Positions 57,720-64,000 of a DNA stretch of 64,000 bases are shown piece after piece. Under the pieces are notes generated by a model. The model ran no database searches, was not told the origin of the DNA, and saw only the letters and a program-made list of their open reading frames with translations. The stretch's first letter is position 1; every line of letters starts with the position of its first letter. The DNA lies in contig CDRNVI010000148.1 of assembly GCA_977017575.1 (NCBI GenBank), forward strand, positions 124,001 to 188,000. Direction: 5' to 3'. This stretch comes from Paramoeba atlantica (Eukaryota; Protista; Discosea). Both the position numbers and the translations under genes were made by a program.

Positions 57720-60700
57720 CGGATTGTTTCTGACAAAAGAGAAAGCCATTCATCACATTCAGAAGATTCAGTAAAATAGAGAGATAACTTTTTCACTTTT
57801 TCATCAGACGAATTTCCTCCTCCTCCCTATTTTGATTCTTTTATGAGTGATTTATTCTCTTGAATCTCTTAAATAAGAGAATCTTCTTCTTCTTCTTCTT
57901 GCCTTTCCTTTTGAAAAAACAAAAATACCTTTGTTGTTACTTGAGTCAGAGCGTCACTCCAACGTAACATTTCATACTATTAATAATATATTAGACAATC
58001 AAAAAACTCTTCTGTTTTTCTTTAATAAAACGTTCGAAATGAACCTCTGATTTCGTTTTGAGACTAAATTTCTGTTCTCCCTTTTCGGCGTTTCGACACA
58101 CAATCGAAAAAGCAAACGCTTTTGGATCTAAAAAAGCATAAAATCAGATTCAAACGGGATGATAGAAGGGACTGAGAAAGAAAAGAAAAAGAAAAAAAAA
58201 ATGAACCATCAATAGAAAATGAAGTAACATAAAGAGAATCAGCTGTTGCGGATAGTTTTTTATCTTTCTCGTAACTCAGTTTCCCATCTTTTTGTAACGC
58301 AAACCATCTCTCCTGTGAAAAAAAAGATTATTAGAAAAGGTCAATTTTTTTTTCGTAATTTCTTTCTCTTCTTTTCTTCTGTTTTTCTTTCCCCATACAA
58401 AAAGAACGACCTTGTATGTTCTCATCATCACCCCCTTTTTTAAAACCCAGCCAGAAAAAAGAGCGTCCAGTGGACCCGATTTAGGAGTCCCTGACTCTTT
58501 TGTACTCGATTGGAATTTTGATTTTCCAGAGATACTTTAACGATTAATTTTAGTCACAATTTTCTTCTTCTTGAAAAGAATAAGACAAAAAAAAAACCTT
58601 CGGTTAATTTTTTCAAGATTTTGAGTATCTTTCGTATCAGCCAGAAAGGTGTCACGCAATTCAGGTCGATACACCAACAATATCTGATAATAAACTCGTC
58701 CTCTCTCCTTTTCGTCTTTCTTTTCTCCCTGTTTTTCTCCTTCCTCTCGCTCAGCCTTCTCTTGCTCCTTTTTGTCTTCCTTTTTCTCCTCTTCCTTGTT
58801 TTTCTCCTCTTCCTTGTTTTTCTCCTCCTTTTTCTCCTCCTCTTTTCTTCCCTTTTCTTCCTCTTCTCCCTTCTCTCTCTTCTTCCCTTCTTTTTCGTTT
58901 TTCTTTTCTCTTCCCTTCTCTTTTTGAGCAGAACGCTTTGAAGGAGGAGAAGAAGTTCTTGTTCTTGTTCGTAAAATAGTCGGAGGAGAGAGAGAAGATA
59001 ACGCAGTAGATTTTGAGAGAGGCGAAGAAGGAGCAAAGGCAAGAGAAAGATCAAGTTTTCCAGAGGTTGAGAGAGATTGAGAAGAAGGAGGGGGAGAGAC
59101 ACAAGGGCGAGGAGAATAATGAGGGAGTAGTTGCGAACTGTTTCTTGGAGGAGTAAGCGGGCCAGAGAAAGTTGGAGAGAGAGCACGACCAAAAGAGGGA
59201 GGTAAAAGAGGAGGAGTAATTCTCGAAAAATCTTCAATACTTCCATCATGCGATCCACTTTGTGGCTGGCTATCTGACGATCGACGTCCAACAGTCGTCG
59301 TACTCCCACGGGATCTACTAGACGCTTCCAGAGTTGAATGAGGAGATTCTCTTTTCTTCCTTTTGACCTCTTTTTTCTTCTCTTTGCCCCCACCGGACCC
59401 TTTTACGACTTCATCAGCGAGAGCCAGTTGTGCTGTCTCTTTAAAAAAAGAAGAAGTGTGCATTTCACTACTGACGCGGGATTGTCTTCGATGTGCAAGT
59501 GTCCTGAGTTCTCTGGGGATTTCGTTGCGGATTTTCTTTTGTTGGGTTTTCTTTTCTTCGTTCTGTGGATTTGAAAAGAATGTTTGAATAAAAGATAGCA
59601 AAAAGAAAATAATTGAAGAGATTATCTTAACCAGTTCGTCAAGAAAACTGTGTTCACCTATCCCCTTCTTTGGTGTTGAGAACTGTTCGACCAGCTTTTT
59701 CACTTCCAAATATCGTAACCAAAAAAAACCCTGAACCTAAAAACAAAGTGTTAGAAAAGAGACAATTAGAGTTTAAAAAAAAAAATAAACATCTCAAAAT
59801 AAAAACAAACCTTCCTTTTGTTCAACAAAGCAGCCCCTCCTTCGACAGCGAAGAGAAACGCATCATTAAACAAAAAAACAGACAACATTTTCTCTCTCTC
59901 TCTTTCTCTCTCTTCTTTCTCTGAATCAGAGTTAGTTTCCTCTGCACGACGTGAGGGACTAACTTTCTGTTTGAAAGGAGTTAATTACCCAGAGAAACAA
60001 CAACAAAAAAAACGTTAATAAAAATGTTTAAAACTACAAACCAAAAAAAGAGGCATGTCGTCAGCAGAATGACAGGCAAGCTCAGAAGAAGCAAGAATCT
60101 TATTCTTATTCACTTTCCCACTTGGCATCACAGCCGCTGACATTGCCGTCGTTGTATTTATATTTGGTGAATTTGAATTTGTTAAATTTGTTCTTGGAAT
60201 TGTATTTGGAGTTGTATCTGGAGTTGATGAGTCTGATGAGTCTGTATTTAGGGTTATTGGTGATGATGTCATTGAGGGAATCTTTCTTATTTTTCCTTCT
60301 TTTAATAACTTTCTTGTATGTTTTCCTTTCAAGTTAAGAGATTTTCTGTCATTAGAAGAATAAGTTTTTGAAATAAAACAAGAGAAATAACATGAAGTTT
60401 TTTTTGTAATTGCAAAAATATCATTAAAAAAAAAAAACCTTTCATCTTGATCTGGCCAAAAAAGTTGATCATCGATTAATAAAACATGCTTAAATTGATT
60501 TGCTTCTTCCATTTTGTCATCCAGCATCTTTTTGTCCCAAATCAACGACAAATTCCAAAAGAAACTTTATGATCCTCTCTTTCTCTCGTTCTCCCTATCA
60601 CACTCTCTTATTTATTCAGTTTAAAAAATCAACCTGAGCAACATCTCCAATTTTATCAACCGCTTCTTTGAGATTTTTATAGTCAGCATGTGATTCATCT

Positions 60701-63178
60701 GTGTGTCTATTTTCGTTCATTAATTCCAATTTATGAACAAGACAAGAAAATTTCTTCCAACAAAAACAGTCGAGTAACAGAAGAGAATTAAAGAAAACAT
60801 CAAACTTGAGAATATCTGAAAGGAGAAGGGAATATCGCGGAATTCTTTGGACTGGCATGATTAGAAATGAAGATAGCTATTTCCAGAAGATTAAAACCAC
60901 CGTGATTGGTTTTGCAAGATTAACAAAAAATAACAATCTAAGTACAATTCACCAAACCAAACACAAGAACAAAGAATAACAAGACAAGTAACAATTCACA
61001 CAGGAGTATCCACAACAATTCAAAACAAAATAAAACCTGTTGACGACAAACAAGTGGATCAGAGACACAATCCTATTTATCAAACCAGTGTAAGAAAACT
61101 AAGTCAGAGAATCTTCGGAGAGAAATAAAAGAAAAAAAGAAAGGACTTGATAAAAGCTCATGAAAGTTGGGTTTGTTTTCTTTAAGTTATTCACCAATTT
61201 CAAAGACTCAGTATAATTTTGTACATATAATTTGTAAACCTATTAGAATAGTCGAGTCAGAGCAGGGAAGAAGTCGAAAAGAGAGAAAAAAGAGAGAAAA
61301 ACCTTTAAATAATGGAGAAATCCAAGAAAAATATCTGCAATACAAGAATCACAAGTCCAAGAAGAAACTCTCTCTTTAATATCATTTAACAAAACAGAAT
61401 GGAACATGTGAATTGATCGAAGACTCGCAAAAATAACTGTTGTTTAATTTAACTTTTTTTCTCTCTTTAGCTCTCAGCTCCCTTATGAATGATTATTCCT
61501 CTCTCTTTCCCTTCTCTCTTATTTCTATTTATTCTCTAAACATACCTTTCATGTCATCTTGGGAGATAATCGGTTTACCACGTTTGATAGCAGCCTCAAG
61601 AGGATCCATCCACACCTTTTCAGGGAACATCAACATCCAAACACCAAACCAAGAAACAATCAAATAAATAAAATAAATAAATAAGATAATAATAAGATAA
61701 ATAAATAAAAACAAAGAATTATGTTCGATTGAAAATAACCTGAATACAAATCCCAATTGAACGAAGATAAGATTCTTCAGTTGAAAGAAGTTCTGAAGCA
61801 ATCCTCTTTTTCTCTCCTTCGATGTCTTTTATCGGTTTTGAAAATCTCTTGCCAGCTCTGTGGCCTTTGTGCTCTCTGGAACTTTGTGACTAGCAAAACA
61901 GATGAGCCAATAAAAGAGGAAAGAGAAAAAAAGAAAAAACAAACAAACAACAGAACAACAGTAACAACAATAACAACAATAACAGCAAGAACAACAATAA
62001 CAACAACAACAATAAACCAACCAACCAACAACTAACTAAACAAACAAACAAACCTTTTTTGATTTCAAGAAAGCAGGGTCACTGGGATCAGAATCAGCCA
62101 ATTGAGATGCACTATCGGACATACTTTGAAAAGAATTTGATTTTTTCACCCGTGGCTTTTCATTCTCTTTCTCTGTTTCCTCATTTTTCTCTGTTTCCTC
62201 ATTCATGTCATTTCCTTCAGCATCTTTTTTCTCTTCTTCTTCTTCGCCCTTGATTTTCTCTTCCTTTTTCTTTCCTTTCTTTCCAAGCAGATTAGACTCT
62301 TGATCAAAAGATCTTTGCCGAACAAGTGGCCTTTTTTGTCGTTTCATTCCAAGAGGGGTCAGCTCCTCTTTCTCTCCTGTTCTTTTCAACTGAATGATCG
62401 ATCCCTGTTTTCGAGATGTTCCCATCAGTTCCTGTTTTCGAAGATTGAATTAAATAACTTAATAAGTTAACAAAAACAAAAAAACAATTATTTCTCTAAC
62501 AGAGATAAAAATAATTACCCTCTTTGGTTTTTTTGTCTGTGGTCTGGCGATATCAAAACTCCCGCCAGTCCAATGATCCTTTTGAGACAACGGGAGCGTG
62601 CTTGGTTCCACCTCGAATTTGTCTGTAAGTTCTCCGTTCCAGCTTTTACCCAGAGTGGCAACACCAAACACACCACTCTCTCTTGTTCTTTTCGCTAGAA
62701 TATCATCTTCAACTTCGATGTCTCCTCTGGTGATTGGATCTCTTGCGGTTTTTGGAGGGCTTTGGTCTGACTTGGAGACATTTCGATTGATTTTGAGGGG
62801 GGAAAGAGACCTTTTTTTCTGTAGGCTTCTCGGGTTTTTCCTCTTTTTTCGGGAAGGAGAAGAAGGGGAAGAATAAAGGGATCTTGGGGAAGAAGGAGTT
62901 CTTGGGGAAGAAGGAGATTTAGGGGAAGAAAGAGATCTAGGGGAAGAGGGTTCGAGAACAGGGGAATGGCTATCGGCTGAATCAAAAGGAGGATCAGCAC
63001 AAACAGGAGAAGCACGAGCGGGAGAAGAATGAATTGAGTGAGGAGAGGGAAGAGGAGGAGAACTTCGCAATTGGAGAAAACTTTCTCTCAGACTTCCTTG
63101 TTCGATTTGGAAGAGATCACTTTCATCACTTGACGAGTTTTCCTCATCATAAATCTCGTCTTCCCCATCATCGCTCAT
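57720..63178 (-). CDS. DH-PH RhoGEF (FGD-like) with a further C-terminal PH domain; multi-exon, 3' end approximate
   Basis: Ser/Pro-rich N-terminus (MSDDGEDE...), DH motifs TEESYLRSI and MPVQRIPRYSLLLSDILK|HTDESHADY, PH-like FFFFNDIFAIT, and C-terminal PH SGWVLKKGVMMRTYK|ERWFALQKDGKLSYEK...ECDEWLSLLSETIRK. Confidence 0.75.
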
Positions 63179-63543
63179 CACTTCCGAACCAAAAAAAATA
63201 GAAAAGAAGAAGTGAGAAAAAGAAAACCAAGCGACTTGGGGGGGGAATGAAGACAACCACTGAACCACCGAACGAACGATCAAGAAGTGGAGATCAAGCA
63301 AAAGAAGAAGTGGCTTCCAAAGCTGAAAACAGAAAAAAAGCCTTAGAAAAAAAAGGGGTGACAAAAAAAAGGCGTTTGGTTTTTCGATGTCTCATAAAAT
63401 TCCTCGTCAATTTTTCTTTCTTCCATTTCGTTTTGGTTCTTAGAATTAGTTTTTTGGTGGAAAGTCACTTCTTTTCTTTCAATCCCCTCCTCATCTCAAT
63501 TATTCGAAACAAAAATATTTTCAAAGTTATTATTATTTTTTTT

Positions 63544-64000
63544 TTATAATGGTTGGATCGTTTCGGGTGTTTCTACAAGAAGTCGTTCTCGAACTTCCTT
63601 TGGAAGGAGTGAATTTTCATCAAAGGTTTTCATTGTAACAATTTCGGCAAGGGTGTCCTTGGAACCGGCTATATGTGTTTGTTGAAAAAAAAATTCGAGA
63701 TTAGATTTCTTGCTTTTTCTCATTTCCTTTTGAAAATAAGAGAAAAAAAAAAACAAACGTTCTCCTCTCTTGGCTCTTCGAAGTGTTTTTAAAATTGCAG
63801 GTTTTTCGATGATGGCACCAGTCCTCTTTGAAACCCTCACTCTTTCGTTTTCATGAAGATGCCATTTAACTCTTGTTGGTTTTCTTTGGAAAGAGAGAAC
63901 AAATTTAGTGAATGAAAAAAAAAACAAATCGAAAAAAATTGTGAGGGTGTGGGGGAGTGAAGGGAAAAGAGAGAAAGAATCTTTCAACCCGTCAGTTGGA
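63544..64000 (-). CDS. MRPL24: Mitochondrial ribosomal protein uL24m, 3' part (5' end outside window)
   Basis: KPTRVKWHLHENERVRVSKRTGAIIEKP|...KDTLAEIVTMKTF resembles the eukaryote-specific C-terminal half of MRPL24. Confidence 0.75.
   Translation of the reverse strand, partial: PTDGLKDSFSLFPSLPHTLTIFFDLFFFSFTKFVLSFQRKPTRVKWHLHENERVRVSKRTGAIIEKPAILKTLRRAKRGERLFFFFSYFQKEMRKSKKSNLEFFFQQTHIAGSKDTLAEIVTMKTFDENSLLPKEVRERLLVETPETIQPL

Noticed and set aside
58405-58460. Apparent frameshift at the start of the RhoGEF C-terminal PH domain
   Set aside because: Recounting the homopolymer runs gives an intact frame, SGWVLKKGVMMRTYK.
1-64000. Alternative genetic code or prokaryotic contamination
   Set aside because: Conserved genes end at TAA/TGA/TAG with no in-frame stops in real exons; spliceosomal introns and eukaryote-specific genes occur throughout.

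Overview
AT-rich, gene-dense, intron-rich eukaryotic DNA using the standard code. Gene content and style suggest an amoebozoan protist (inference). No prokaryotic features or CRISPR arrays were found. 1-33.6 kb holds ordinary-looking genes: ABCG half-transporter, ABHD12-like hydrolase, a tandem Rac pair (the second copy has a wrecked switch II), two ankyrin genes, a GcvT-family FAD oxidoreductase with a tRNA-Asp in one intron, two tandem glycosyltransferase-like genes, a ubiquitin-like protein facing an atypical E2, RhoGAP-3xSH3, RBBP5, RAD1, HAAO and a GATA factor. 33.7-57.7 kb is an accessory triplication of a giant (~1,800 aa) Cys-rich ectodomain/7TM receptor gene: two full copies and one truncated copy, separated by decayed copia, gypsy and DIRS-like retroelements and by short motif arrays. 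57.7-64 kb holds a DH-PH RhoGEF and the 3' part of a mitochondrial L24 gene. The best leads are the diversifying receptor array, the pseudo-GTPase Rac twin, a recurrent C-terminal IKPAK[RK] motif and the UBL/E2 pair. Exon structures were read by eye, so boundaries of multi-exon genes are approximate.
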